Made by a program: the position numbers and the translations under genes. DNA of 64,000 nt from a phage. Below the pieces are notes generated by a model. That model made no database searches and had not been told where the DNA came from. It saw only the letters and a list, made by a program, of their open reading frames with translations. Positions 28,007 through 37,796 of the stretch are shown piece by piece (position 1 is the stretch's first letter; each line of letters begins with the position of its first letter). The stretch lies in sequence record PZ445435.1, one strand, 5' to 3'.

Positions 28007-29433
28007 TAAAATTTTAATTCATTTGCCAAAGCATCTAACTGAGCTCGAGTGGATTCATTTCTTTGATAGCGATTCTGCTCAGCCTGAATCTGTTGTGAAC
28101 CTGCTACTTCACTCACTTCAGTTGGAGTAGAATCTTGTTCAATTTCTACCCATTTTTGATTTCCTTTTTGAACACCCATCAAAAACTTATTCCACTTATT
28201 CTTATCACCATATCGTGATTTGATTTGCTTAATGAGTTGTTGTTCAGCAGCTGCTAGCTCCTCGGTTTCAATGACCGCAAGCATAAAATCAGCTGTTGCT
28301 GGAAGACCAGCAGATTCTGCAATATCGCTCATGTTAACATCGGAAGAGTCCCAAGCTTGTTTACCAACCTGTGCTGCAGTCCAAAGAACAGTTTCGGTTT
28401 CAACAGCCAGAGCACGCAATTCCTCTGCGATAGCTTTAACAGTTGTGTAACTATTTTCTGAATAAACTCTAATGCGGCAAGATTTACAAATACCTAGATA
28501 GTCGACAATAATGATTGTTGGAACAAAATTCTTCTTGAGCTTTAATTCATTTAAAAGTGATCGAAATGTATTAGCGTCTGCTCCACCAGTAGGATATTGC
28601 TTAACGATTAAACGACCAAGGGTAGATTTCTCACGCCATTTTTCCATTTTTCCTTTATACTCAGCGTAAGAAATATGCCCATCATCAATGTCATCAAGAG
28701 AAACATCGAGCATGTTAGCATCAATACGTTTAGCACAGACTTCTTCTGCCATTTCCATGGAGATATAAAGAACGTTATGACCAAGCTGCAAATAATCTGC
28801 TGCCAATGAACACAGACCTAATGACTTACCAACGTTAACGCCAGCCATTAAAACGTTCAGTGTTCCAGTCTCAGCTCCACCTTTCGTAATTTTGTTTAGA
28901 ATTCTGAGTTTAAATGGAACCTTACGAGCTTTATTCATATAAGATAGCCAACGCGCTTCATAGTCATCCATCCAATCATGACCAACGTAGCTATCAAATG
29001 AAATTGATAATGCTTGGCGCATGATGTCAGGAATAGCACCTACATCTGGCATTTTCTTATTTCGTTTTTCCGGAGGAAGCTCAGCATTAGTTTGAATTTC
29101 GATTATTTTAGACGTAGCATTAAACATCGCCCTTTGCTGAACATATTTTTCTGTTTCTTTTACTAACCAGCTGTGGTCTTCTGGAGAATCAGCCAGTTTT
29201 GAAATAAGTGTTTTTACACCAGAATATTCTGTTTCAGTAAATGAACTATTTTCTAATGCAACATTTAACGCATTAATAGATGGAACGCTATGATACTCAT
29301 TAACATGAGATTTAATTAATTTGAATGTATTTTTAGCTGGACCACTTTCAAAATATTCTGAATCCATATATGGCCAAACTTTTGAAAAATAAGCTTGATC
29401 AAATATGAGATGAGAAAGAATAATTTCTACCAC
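28006..29433 (-). CDS. 41: replicative DNA helicase gp41 (DnaB-like)
   Basis: 475 aa, Walker A GVNVGKS; size matches T4 gp41. Confidence 0.9.
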   Translation of the reverse strand: MVEIILSHLIFDQAYFSKVWPYMDSEYFESGPAKNTFKLIKSHVNEYHSVPSINALNVALENSSFTETEYSGVKTLISKLADSPEDHSWLVKETEKYVQQRAMFNATSKIIEIQTNAELPPEKRNKKMPDVGAIPDIMRQALSISFDSYVGHDWMDDYEARWLSYMNKARKVPFKLRILNKITKGGAETGTLNVLMAGVNVGKSLGLCSLAADYLQLGHNVLYISMEMAEEVCAKRIDANMLDVSLDDIDDGHISYAEYKGKMEKWREKSTLGRLIVKQYPTGGADANTFRSLLNELKLKKNFVPTIIIVDYLGICKSCRIRVYSENSYTTVKAIAEELRALAVETETVLWTAAQVGKQAWDSSDVNMSDIAESAGLPATADFMLAVIETEELAAAEQQLIKQIKSRYGDKNKWNKFLMGVQKGNQKWVEIEQDSTPTEVSEVAGSQQIQAEQNRYQRNESTRAQLDALANELKF

Positions 29434-29442
29434 ACTTACTCC

Positions 29443-29799
29443 TTAAAAGAATTTAAATTTTTTCTTTGACCTTTTATTAAATGCATCTTGCAGTTGCATT
29501 GTAATACATTTTTCTACATGAGGAGCTAACTCAGCTTTTCTTTCTTGGTCAAGAACAGCAAAGTCCATTACGACTTTTCCATCAACCCAATCTAATTTTG
29601 TCACATACACAATGTGTGTAGAACCATCTTCTAGTTTAATGACAATCTCCTGGATAACATTTTCCATGGCAGATTTAATTATCTTAAGAGATTCATTAAA
29701 AAGACGTTCTTTTCTTTCTTCTTCCCCCTCCGAAGAGGGGGATTCATCGATAATTTCTAAATCTAAATCATCTTTACTCATTAAATTCTTCCATATCAC
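29443..29799 (-). CDS. 40: gp40-position protein
   Basis: 118-aa ORF between uvsX and 41; contains an internal GC hairpin. Confidence 0.55.
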   Translation of the reverse strand: MIWKNLMSKDDLDLEIIDESPSSEGEEERKERLFNESLKIIKSAMENVIQEIVIKLEDGSTHIVYVTKLDWVDGKVVMDFAVLDQERKAELAPHVEKCITMQLQDAFNKRSKKKFKFF

Positions 29800-30955
29800 T
29801 TAACTGCTCGAGGTCAGTTTCTAAATCAGCAGCTGATTTACTTTTACTTTCTGGAGATTTAAATTTTTCAACCTTTGAGTTAATCAATTCATCAACTTCA
29901 GCTTCAACAATTTCATTACTATCAATAGCACCTAACTGATAAGCACGTTTAATAGCATCTCGGAATGGTTGATGCTTAAATAAAGGACCCCAGAATGTAG
30001 TGCAGTTGGTATCTTTTGCACGCCAAGATTTTTCTTCGCGAATCATCTCGCCGGTTTCTTCATCAAGAAATTCACGAGCATACCAGCCATTTTTAGGTTT
30101 TACCACGAATCCTAATTCTAAAGCCATATCTAACAATCCAGAATAAGGATCGATACCACCGTCAAATTTAACATCAATAAAGAATTTACTTTTTTCTTTA
30201 ACGGTACGAGATTTTTCTACATTTAGAACAAATTGATACCCCTGAAGATCAGAACCATCTTTAATCTGACGCTTACCGATAATGAATACAGTATCAGCCG
30301 AATACATTACGCCTGTACCACCTGTCATCACGGTTTTACTAAACATTTCAATTGTTTCAATTGTATGGTTAACCGCAACACATGGAATATTTTTAATGCT
30401 AAAGTAAGGAGTAACAATACGGAATAATGACTTCAGTGATTTAGCACGAGTCATATCTGCCACAGATTTTTCATTCAAGGCATCTTCAGTTTCTTTCTTA
30501 GAAGCCATATTACCGATTGAGTCGATGAATACAATAACTTTTTCACCACGCTCAATATCTTCAAGCTGATTCACCATATCAATTTTCAGCTGTTCAACTG
30601 ACTGGATTGGCGTATGAATTACTCGTTCCGGGTCAACTCCCATGGATCGCAAATAAGCTGGAGTAATACCAAATTCGCTATCATAGAATAGACAAACCGC
30701 GTCAGGATATTTGTTCAAATACGCCGCAACCATAGTCAAAGACATATTTGATTTAAAGTGTTTAGAAGGCCCTGCGAAAATAGTTAAACCAGACTGCATA
30801 CCACCATCAATCGCACCAGAAATAGCAATATTAAGCATTGGGATTTTTGTACGGATTACATCCTTTTCATTAAAGAATTTAGATGTAGTCAGTTCAGCAG
30901 TCATTTTAGAAGTGGAAGCTTTAATCAAACGGGATTTTAAATCTGCAATAGACAT
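29774..30955 (-). CDS. uvsX: recombinase UvsX (RecA-like)
   Basis: 393 aa, Walker A GPSKHFKS; size matches T4 UvsX. Confidence 0.9.
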   Translation of the reverse strand: MSIADLKSRLIKASTSKMTAELTTSKFFNEKDVIRTKIPMLNIAISGAIDGGMQSGLTIFAGPSKHFKSNMSLTMVAAYLNKYPDAVCLFYDSEFGITPAYLRSMGVDPERVIHTPIQSVEQLKIDMVNQLEDIERGEKVIVFIDSIGNMASKKETEDALNEKSVADMTRAKSLKSLFRIVTPYFSIKNIPCVAVNHTIETIEMFSKTVMTGGTGVMYSADTVFIIGKRQIKDGSDLQGYQFVLNVEKSRTVKEKSKFFIDVKFDGGIDPYSGLLDMALELGFVVKPKNGWYAREFLDEETGEMIREEKSWRAKDTNCTTFWGPLFKHQPFRDAIKRAYQLGAIDSNEIVEAEVDELINSKVEKFKSPESKSKSAADLETDLEQLSDMEEFNE

Positions 30956-31032
30956 TCATTTTTTCCATAGGCATCATTATATTTTCCTCACTGGTTAAAG
31001 ATAGAGTAATTATAACACAATAAATTTAGGCA

Positions 31033-31881
31033 TTAATCAACTGCTATTGGATGAATAGCATTAAACTTATGAAATGCTTCTGATTTTTCTTTGCGCGAAA
31101 CACACATGCGAAGAACCTTTAATGGCTCGTCTTCTTCACCCAACGATTTTCGTTTTTCAATATTAGAAGTTTTCCAACGAGCTTGCTCTGGAAACTCTCT
31201 ATTGATTTGCTCAAGCGCTCTATTATGTTTAGAATTACTACGAATTGAACTGCACCCGCCAGGAGCTTGTGCTTTTCCAGATACAACCAGATATTTGAAC
31301 AAGGCCAAATGCGGATAACCTTGATTAATTAAATTGAGAAATGCATACATATCTTCACATAAATCAATTTTTCCATACCCAATTTGTTCTGTCGTAAGTT
31401 TTCCGAGGTCATACCATGTATTCGTGAATCCATATGAATTTTCACGATAATTACCCCAAGATGAAGTAATTTTAAAAATAGGTAGACGAGCATGGCCATG
31501 ATAATACCCGCAATCCATAGCATCTTCAACGTATTGAATCAATTCGTAGAATTGTTCACGGGTTAATTGATTGACTTTATCTACACAGCGACGATCATCT
31601 CTTTTTCGCATTGAGCTCATACGAATCGTAGTATCATCGTCAATCATCCAGATTCGTTGACCTGCATACATATCAGTAATTGCTTTACGAGTACCGGCAA
31701 TTCCGTTTACATCATCAGGAATAGTTACAATTTTAGCTCTAGACCCATAGGCGTCATAATAAGCTTTTTCTTCATGTTCACGTACTACAATATGAGGTTC
31801 ATAATCAGTCGGAAACATATCAAGGGCAGAAACTGCCCCTACGCGTTGATAGCTCGGAATTACGAATTGAATCATTTCCAC
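31033..31881 (-). CDS. putative glycosyltransferase at the beta-gt position
   Basis: 282 aa; DxD-like motif IWMIDDDTT; does not resemble T4 beta-gt as recalled. Confidence 0.55.
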   Translation of the reverse strand: MEMIQFVIPSYQRVGAVSALDMFPTDYEPHIVVREHEEKAYYDAYGSRAKIVTIPDDVNGIAGTRKAITDMYAGQRIWMIDDDTTIRMSSMRKRDDRRCVDKVNQLTREQFYELIQYVEDAMDCGYYHGHARLPIFKITSSWGNYRENSYGFTNTWYDLGKLTTEQIGYGKIDLCEDMYAFLNLINQGYPHLALFKYLVVSGKAQAPGGCSSIRSNSKHNRALEQINREFPEQARWKTSNIEKRKSLGEEDEPLKVLRMCVSRKEKSEAFHKFNAIHPIAVD

Positions 31882-32612
31882 TCACCGTTATAATCTTTTT
31901 TCACAATATGAGTTTCGCCAGTATTCCACCAATGATCAACCAAGTAAAAATGACGAGAATATACATGAAGACTTCCAACATTCCATATAATAGAACCTGC
32001 TTTATACTGACGAGTTGAATCGCCTGCATTCAAATCAGATACTAATTTATCTAATACGTATTTTTGCCATGCATAATCATTACGGAATCCGAAGACCACG
32101 TCATTTGAGCGCATGCTTACTACTGCATTGACTTTCTTATCACGAATCAGGTATTGTACTGTATTCGTACACATGAAATCTGACATGCCATCTTTATTGT
32201 AGTCAAACTGCATGGATGGACGAGTATAAATCATGATACCACGCCGAGAATCAGGATTTTGACCGAGTTCAGCTAAACACATATCATACTGGGCATAGTT
32301 ATCTTCTGACCAAATAGCCCAACCATAATTCGAGTTAATTTCGCCTTTAGAAGATGCTACCTGCTGCCAAATCTTTGGTGTTTCACCTGGAATATCTTTA
32401 ACAAACAAGCTCTTAGATTTATACCATTCAAGTTCACGCTGAATGTATTCATCATTAAGAGCGCCAAAAATAAACGGTTCATCTGCTACAAATGATGCGC
32501 CAATAATTTCAATAGTTTTAACGCCAGTTTTATCAACTACGAAATCTTTTTCCTTTAATGCAGTTCCCAAATAAAAACGGATTTCTTCAACTGTCATAGA
32601 GTCATTAATCAT
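31872..32612 (-). CDS. 42: dCMP hydroxymethylase gp42
   Basis: 246 aa, thymidylate-synthase-like; sequence matches T4 gp42 from memory. Confidence 0.9.
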   Translation of the reverse strand: MINDSMTVEEIRFYLGTALKEKDFVVDKTGVKTIEIIGASFVADEPFIFGALNDEYIQRELEWYKSKSLFVKDIPGETPKIWQQVASSKGEINSNYGWAIWSEDNYAQYDMCLAELGQNPDSRRGIMIYTRPSMQFDYNKDGMSDFMCTNTVQYLIRDKKVNAVVSMRSNDVVFGFRNDYAWQKYVLDKLVSDLNAGDSTRQYKAGSIIWNVGSLHVYSRHFYLVDHWWNTGETHIVKKDYNGEWK

Positions 32613-32619
32613 TTAAACC

Positions 32620-32769
32620 TCAATTGATACATTCATATTTAACTTGTAACAGTAATAAACTCCAACCTAAAATAATAGTTGGAATCATAAGAGGAACCGT
32701 TACACTATAGTATATACTTATTATAACCATCAAGATTAAAAGCAATGCTGCTATAATTTTGCTTTTCAT
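32620..32769 (-). CDS. small membrane peptide (49 aa)
   Basis: Hand-translated MKSKIIAALLLILMVIISIYYSV...; ATGA overlap with imm stop. Confidence 0.35.
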   Translation of the reverse strand: MKSKIIAALLLILMVIISIYYSVTVPLMIPTIILGWSLLLLQVKYECIN

Positions 32770-33017
32770 TCCTTCTCTCTGATGATAATTACCTGATTTG
32801 GCTGTGCAGACTTTTTAGTTTCACCAGCAATTGACCAAATAAATGTAATAAACCAACCAATAATTGACCAGTTAAACAGTAAAGATGTGAAAAAGATTCC
32901 TACTGTCGATTTTGACCCACGCATCAAGGCGATAAACCATGGAAGCATGTATATAATAATAGCCAACACACCTGAAACTAAAACCATAAAAATTGAACCT
33001 GCTACTAAAGTTTCCAT
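32766..33017 (-). CDS. imm: immunity protein Imm (superinfection exclusion)
   Basis: 83-aa membrane protein with two hydrophobic segments; size and position match. Confidence 0.7.
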   Translation of the reverse strand: METLVAGSIFMVLVSGVLAIIIYMLPWFIALMRGSKSTVGIFFTSLLFNWSIIGWFITFIWSIAGETKKSAQPNQVIIIREKE

Positions 33018-33024
33018 GTTTTCC

Positions 33025-33405
33025 TCACTTAGTCAAATTTTTTACACATGAATTATAAGAATTCACTACATACTCCATCGGAGCATTTTTACCAGTACGC
33101 CATTGGTAATTATTAGCCCAATTAGCCCAAATTTCGGCGCAGTAGTTTTCAATTTTTTCTTCGCGTGTAATTACATCAGAATTACGATATGCTTGAGCAG
33201 ATTCATCTGGACGAATAGCTTCGTCAAAATTCGCCTGCATTTGTTCGACTGTTTGCTTTGGAGCTTCTTTATAACACTTGACATTAGGATTATAAAATTT
33301 GCTTGAACAGTTTACAATTTTTCCTACATCAGACTGATTTACTACCGGTCCTTGAGCTACACAACCAGTAAGACCTAATGCAATAACCAAAATAGCGATT
33401 TTCAT
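33025..33405 (-). CDS. putative lipoprotein
   Basis: 126 aa, MKIAILVIALGLTGC lipobox. Confidence 0.6.
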   Translation of the reverse strand: MKIAILVIALGLTGCVAQGPVVNQSDVGKIVNCSSKFYNPNVKCYKEAPKQTVEQMQANFDEAIRPDESAQAYRNSDVITREEKIENYCAEIWANWANNYQWRTGKNAPMEYVVNSYNSCVKNLTK

Positions 33406-33415
33406 AATAATTTCC

Positions 33416-33664
33416 TCAAATGCAAGTAGTAATTACTCCAGTAGTGCTTATGCAGGTATTACCCATTTGCACACCTAAAGATCCATTTGTATTCACATGA
33501 AGATTATCATCAATTTTAACTGATATTTTACCATTAGTGTGAATAACGGTGCTAGATTCAATCACAGGTTGAGTATCATTTTCAACACTAACAAATGGAA
33601 CTGCTGCTAATGCAACTAAACAAACTGCTAAGCATCCCATAACAATTTTCATTTTATTCTCCAA
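33416..33664 (-). CDS. secreted/membrane small protein
   Basis: 82 aa, N-terminal signal-like MKIVMGCLAVCLVALAAVPFVSV. Confidence 0.55.
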   Translation of the reverse strand: MENKMKIVMGCLAVCLVALAAVPFVSVENDTQPVIESSTVIHTNGKISVKIDDNLHVNTNGSLGVQMGNTCISTTGVITTCI

Positions 33665-33688
33665 ATCTGTATCAGTAGTTGATAGTTG

Positions 33689-33720
33689 TATAGTACCACA
33701 GAGGAACAGTCTTGTAAAAC
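33689..33720 (-). promoter_or_regulatory. early promoter
   Basis: Repeated element; minus strand GTTTTACA-17-TACTATA. Confidence 0.55.
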
Positions 33721-33808
33721 AGTTTTGTGAAAAATTTTTTAGGGAATTCTAAAGGTCCAGAATCATCTGTTTTTCATAAGTATAGATTTATATTACTTGT
33801 ATGAAAAA

Positions 33809-33824
33809 GGGACCCGGAGGTCCC
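33809..33824 (-). terminator. hairpin downstream of gene 43
   Basis: gggacc-cgga-ggtccc; minus-strand UCCG loop. Confidence 0.5.
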
Positions 33825-33837
33825 TAGATTTATTCTA

Positions 33838-36534
33838 TCAGCCAAACAGGAAGTCTAACGAAGCTTTTTCTTCATAGTCCATACCAGCCGATTCACACAT
33901 GCCTGCAAGCGGTTTAACAAACGATTTTTGGAACAAAGTTGAGTAGTCAATCCAAGACAGTACGTCAGAACGAATTTCTTTTGGAAGTTCTGTACCCGAC
34001 GGCCAAGCAATGCATTTGTCACCAAATGGATTTCCTTCACGCAATGGAAGAACCATTACTTTATTTCCATCCAAAATTGGAGCTACACCTAAACCGCTAA
34101 CAGCTCGACGATAAGTTAGCACACCACGAATATGGAACGGACATTTAAATCCTGGCCAACCTTTATCATCATATTTCGCTATATCGTTCGCAGTTTTTAC
34201 TTCAGCAATAACTTTATAGTCAAGTTGACGATATTCTTTCTCGAAGTTCTTGTAATATTCTTGGACAGACTCTTCACCTTCCTGAAGAATACGACGAATA
34301 CTTTCTTCGAGAGCTTCTTGGACCGCTTTAGGCGTTGAACTCTGCTGAGTTTCCATACCCATGATTTTTAGATGCGGTTCAGCAAATCGCTTATCTTCCA
34401 TATCATATACGTTCAGAGCATAACGCTTTTTCGCTTTCCAAAATCCACCAACGCCCTTTGAACCAAGTGGAGGGCAAGAAATAGCTTCACGGTCCATATG
34501 CATCAGATGCTCGCGGTTATTCATATAATCACATAACTCACGATATGCAACATCAATCATAGGTTCCATCTTTTTCTTACCGAACTGATTCATGAATTCA
34601 ACTAAATCGTTCTGCTCTTTGAATCGGTCAAGACCAACTTTTTCAATAACTTTATCTACACAAACATATACCGAATCAGTATCACCTGCTGCAATGAAAT
34701 CTTCGCCATTAGTTCCGCATACTTTATTCAGATATTCATTAATTTTACGAGCAATCCACTGAATACCAACTTGGCCGAAAATTGTGATAGCAGTAGCATT
34801 TCGCAAATCATAGTAACGGAAATGAATATTACCAAGAGCACCGTAAAGGCTGTTAATAAGAATTTTACGGTTCAGCTGATTTGTATTAGCAAGTGTAGCC
34901 GCTTTTTCACATTCTTCAATCAAACTATTGAGAACAGATTCAGTATAATTCGATAGTTCATTTAAGAAATCATCACTGAACTTAACATATCGTTCAACTT
35001 CAGGTTTAGTTGAACAAGACCCTACGCCTTTCATAATAATCTTTTTAATAGCTTCGGCATTCATTTCTTCAGCGAACATTTTCTTTTTCCAATCTTTACG
35101 CTGGAAAAATACTTTAGCGATTTCCTTTGGAATGATACCTTCTTGATGCTTATCATACATCCATCCATTCGGAGAACAAGAATATTCATCACTCGGTTTA
35201 GGAGCTGTTCCTGCGATATATTCATGAATTGGATGAACTTTAAACTGACCACGAATAGTCTCAGGACTAATGTTAACCTGACGAATAATGCTCGGATACA
35301 GAGACGTCAAGTCAAAACTCATAATATATCGACGAGCAATTGGTTTAGGTTCAAATACAAATGCACCCGGAAAACTTTGTTTAACGTGCGAACCTTGTTG
35401 AGGAATAACCTTGTGTTCACCTTTCAATGAGTTAAAAATAATAGCATCCCAAGTTTTAATAGGACTCATTACACCAGAAAAAGGCATTTTAGCGTAATAA
35501 GACATACTTAAAACTAGATCAATAAACCCGCGAATTTTATCAATTGCTTGAACTGATTCTACGTCAATGATGTTATAACTAATGTATCGTTGATGATTAG
35601 TCTCACGAAGTTTATTAATAGGACCGTCGTATGGTAATTTACCTTTTTTGGTTTCATGTTGAGCAACTGATTCCAAAGAGAATGACGGCAAATTAGTAAA
35701 AGCAAATTTCTTGTACAAATCTAAATAATCAAGAATAGATACACCATCAATAGAATAAATTTCTTTGCTGCCGTACATATTTTGAATTAGTTTAGATTTT
35801 ACTCGACCGATTGGAGAGAAGCGTTTCATACTACGTTCACCGAGAACCATTTTAACGCGATTCATGATATACGGAACGTCAAATCCCTCAATATTCCAAC
35901 CAGTAAAAATAGCAGGTCGTTTCTGTTCCCAGAGATTGATATATTCCATGAGCATATCACGCTCATTATCGAATGGCATATAAATTACTCGGTCAAGAAT
36001 TTCTTGAGGAACTTCATCACCACCTTCACAGTCAAGCTTAGCAGCTAACTTTGCATCCCATTTTGATACTGAACCATACATTGAATTCAAAAGGTCGAAA
36101 ACATAAAAACGATCATCAATTGAATCGTAATGAGTGATAGCATCAATTTCATATTCAGCTTTCATTGGGTCAGGAAATTTATCACCAGTAACCTCAATGT
36201 CACAGTTAGCTACACGAACAAATTTTCGGTCATAAACAATTTCTGAACCGTATGTATCACTGATATAAGCGAGTTTAAAATCGTTCATACCGAGAGCTTC
36301 GAGACCGATGTCTTCCATTCGTTTCATCCAATCTCGAGCATCTTTCATTGATGGAAATTTTTGAGGAGCGCAGTTTTTACCATAGATGTCTTTGTACTTT
36401 GACTCTTCCTTACAATGCCTAAACATAGTTGGAAGATATTCTACTTCACGAGTACGTTCCTTTCCATTTTCATCAATATAACGTTCAACAATATTATTTC
36501 CGACTGTTTCAATAGAGATATAAAATTCTTTCAT
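33838..36534 (-). CDS. 43: DNA polymerase gp43 (family B)
   Basis: 898 aa; exo motifs (FDIE...), polymerase motif YGDTDS; size matches T4 gp43. Confidence 0.95.
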   Translation of the reverse strand: MKEFYISIETVGNNIVERYIDENGKERTREVEYLPTMFRHCKEESKYKDIYGKNCAPQKFPSMKDARDWMKRMEDIGLEALGMNDFKLAYISDTYGSEIVYDRKFVRVANCDIEVTGDKFPDPMKAEYEIDAITHYDSIDDRFYVFDLLNSMYGSVSKWDAKLAAKLDCEGGDEVPQEILDRVIYMPFDNERDMLMEYINLWEQKRPAIFTGWNIEGFDVPYIMNRVKMVLGERSMKRFSPIGRVKSKLIQNMYGSKEIYSIDGVSILDYLDLYKKFAFTNLPSFSLESVAQHETKKGKLPYDGPINKLRETNHQRYISYNIIDVESVQAIDKIRGFIDLVLSMSYYAKMPFSGVMSPIKTWDAIIFNSLKGEHKVIPQQGSHVKQSFPGAFVFEPKPIARRYIMSFDLTSLYPSIIRQVNISPETIRGQFKVHPIHEYIAGTAPKPSDEYSCSPNGWMYDKHQEGIIPKEIAKVFFQRKDWKKKMFAEEMNAEAIKKIIMKGVGSCSTKPEVERYVKFSDDFLNELSNYTESVLNSLIEECEKAATLANTNQLNRKILINSLYGALGNIHFRYYDLRNATAITIFGQVGIQWIARKINEYLNKVCGTNGEDFIAAGDTDSVYVCVDKVIEKVGLDRFKEQNDLVEFMNQFGKKKMEPMIDVAYRELCDYMNNREHLMHMDREAISCPPLGSKGVGGFWKAKKRYALNVYDMEDKRFAEPHLKIMGMETQQSSTPKAVQEALEESIRRILQEGEESVQEYYKNFEKEYRQLDYKVIAEVKTANDIAKYDDKGWPGFKCPFHIRGVLTYRRAVSGLGVAPILDGNKVMVLPLREGNPFGDKCIAWPSGTELPKEIRSDVLSWIDYSTLFQKSFVKPLAGMCESAGMDYEEKASLDFLFG

Positions 36535-36551
36535 AGATATTCCTTAGTTTA

Positions 36552-36571
36552 TAGCCCGAGTTATTAGGCTC
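36552..36571 (-). promoter_or_regulatory. gene 43 translational operator hairpin
   Basis: Minus strand GAGCC-UAAUAACUC-GGGCU just before RBS AAGGA and gp43 ATG; loop AAUAACUC is the known gp43 autoregulatory site. Confidence 0.7.
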
Positions 36572-36592
36572 TTGATATATTATACTCCAAAT

Positions 36593-36610
36593 AAGGGGCC
36601 GAAGCCCCTT
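36593..36610 (-). terminator. UUCG-loop hairpin
   Basis: aaggggccgaagcccctt. Confidence 0.5.
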
Positions 36611-36614
36611 TGCT

Positions 36615-36851
36615 TTAAATTTCTATTGTACGACGCGATATAACGGACTTGCCATCTGTATTTGTGGTTTTGATAATCGCATGAAATGCGCGTTGGCGTG
36701 GGTAAACTAATCGTTGGAATTCTTTTTGGAATTCTATTTGTTTATCTTCCGGGAGGTCAAAAACCAGTTGGGTAGAAGACAGACCATATGTTTGTTTTAG
36801 ATTTTCGAATATTAGAAAAGCTTCGGTAAACTGAATCTCTGATTGTGTCAT
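36615..36851 (-). CDS. hypothetical protein (78 aa) between regA and 43
   Basis: Start refined to MTQSEIQFTE with RBS AAGGTAA; track ORF extension overlaps regA. Confidence 0.45.
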   Translation of the reverse strand: MTQSEIQFTEAFLIFENLKQTYGLSSTQLVFDLPEDKQIEFQKEFQRLVYPRQRAFHAIIKTTNTDGKSVISRRTIEI

Positions 36852-36861
36852 ATAATTTACC

Positions 36862-37230
36862 TTAATTACCAATCGTATATTTAGGAACGAGTTTCCATTC
36901 ATGTTTTTGTTTAAAAGAAATAACTCGGAAGTTATTAGTTAAATCTTTCATAAAAGTTCTTTGACCAGGAACGATTTCAATCAGTCCCCAATCTTCTAAT
37001 AGCCATGCAATCGAATCACGACGAACTTCATCTTCTTCTGTCATTTCAACTTGACGGCCATCCATACGAAGCATTTCTTTAAAATGAACGATATAGTATA
37101 GTCCTTTTTTCTGAAGAATATGACAGGACTGATACAGAACTTTATCTTTATTATTAGCAATTCCCATACGAGTCAAAGTTTCTTTTACTTTCAGAAAATC
37201 TTCAGGTTTTTTAAGAGTAATTTCAATCAT
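36862..37230 (-). CDS. regA: translational repressor RegA
   Basis: 122 aa, MIEITLKKPEDFLKVKETLTRMGIANNKDKVLYQSCHIL... Confidence 0.9.
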   Translation of the reverse strand: MIEITLKKPEDFLKVKETLTRMGIANNKDKVLYQSCHILQKKGLYYIVHFKEMLRMDGRQVEMTEEDEVRRDSIAWLLEDWGLIEIVPGQRTFMKDLTNNFRVISFKQKHEWKLVPKYTIGN

Positions 37231-37231
37231 T

Positions 37232-37795
37232 TTACCATTCCAATGCTAGTTTTTTGAGTTGTTTCTGTTCTTTTACGTTCTTAGTCACTTCTTTCAAAAA
37301 ATCATCCGTGACTAAACCTTTTAGTTCTTTTAATACTAAAGGAAGTTTTCCATTTTTAGTAAGAATTGATTTATAGTTAATTGCATCATTTGTATTAACT
37401 TGATACCGCTTAGCAAGTAACTTAATAATCAATACTTCGGTGGAATCTTCAACTAGTTTTGCCCATTTACCATATCTTTTACCACGAGGAACTGCAGCCA
37501 TTAGATAATTAAAATGGGCTTCATCACTTAAGCCTGATCCAATTAAATTCATAGCATATACAGCTGGCATGCACTCTGGAAATTGTGATAATGCATTTTC
37601 GACCATGAATTTTGAATAATCTTTTTGAGCAATTGAGCATTTAGTTTTATTATTGATAGCTCCAATTATTTCAAAAAATTCATTTTCAGCTTTTTCTTTA
37701 AAAGAATCAGCAGCGGATTGGACAGCTGTCCAATCTTTTGAATACCAAGCAATTTGATGCTCGTTTAATTGAATATCATCTTCAAATAAGCTCAT
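37232..37795 (-). CDS. 62: clamp loader subunit gp62
   Basis: 187 aa, coupled between regA and 44. Confidence 0.85.
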   Translation of the reverse strand: MSLFEDDIQLNEHQIAWYSKDWTAVQSAADSFKEKAENEFFEIIGAINNKTKCSIAQKDYSKFMVENALSQFPECMPAVYAMNLIGSGLSDEAHFNYLMAAVPRGKRYGKWAKLVEDSTEVLIIKLLAKRYQVNTNDAINYKSILTKNGKLPLVLKELKGLVTDDFLKEVTKNVKEQKQLKKLALEW

Positions 37796-37796
37796 A

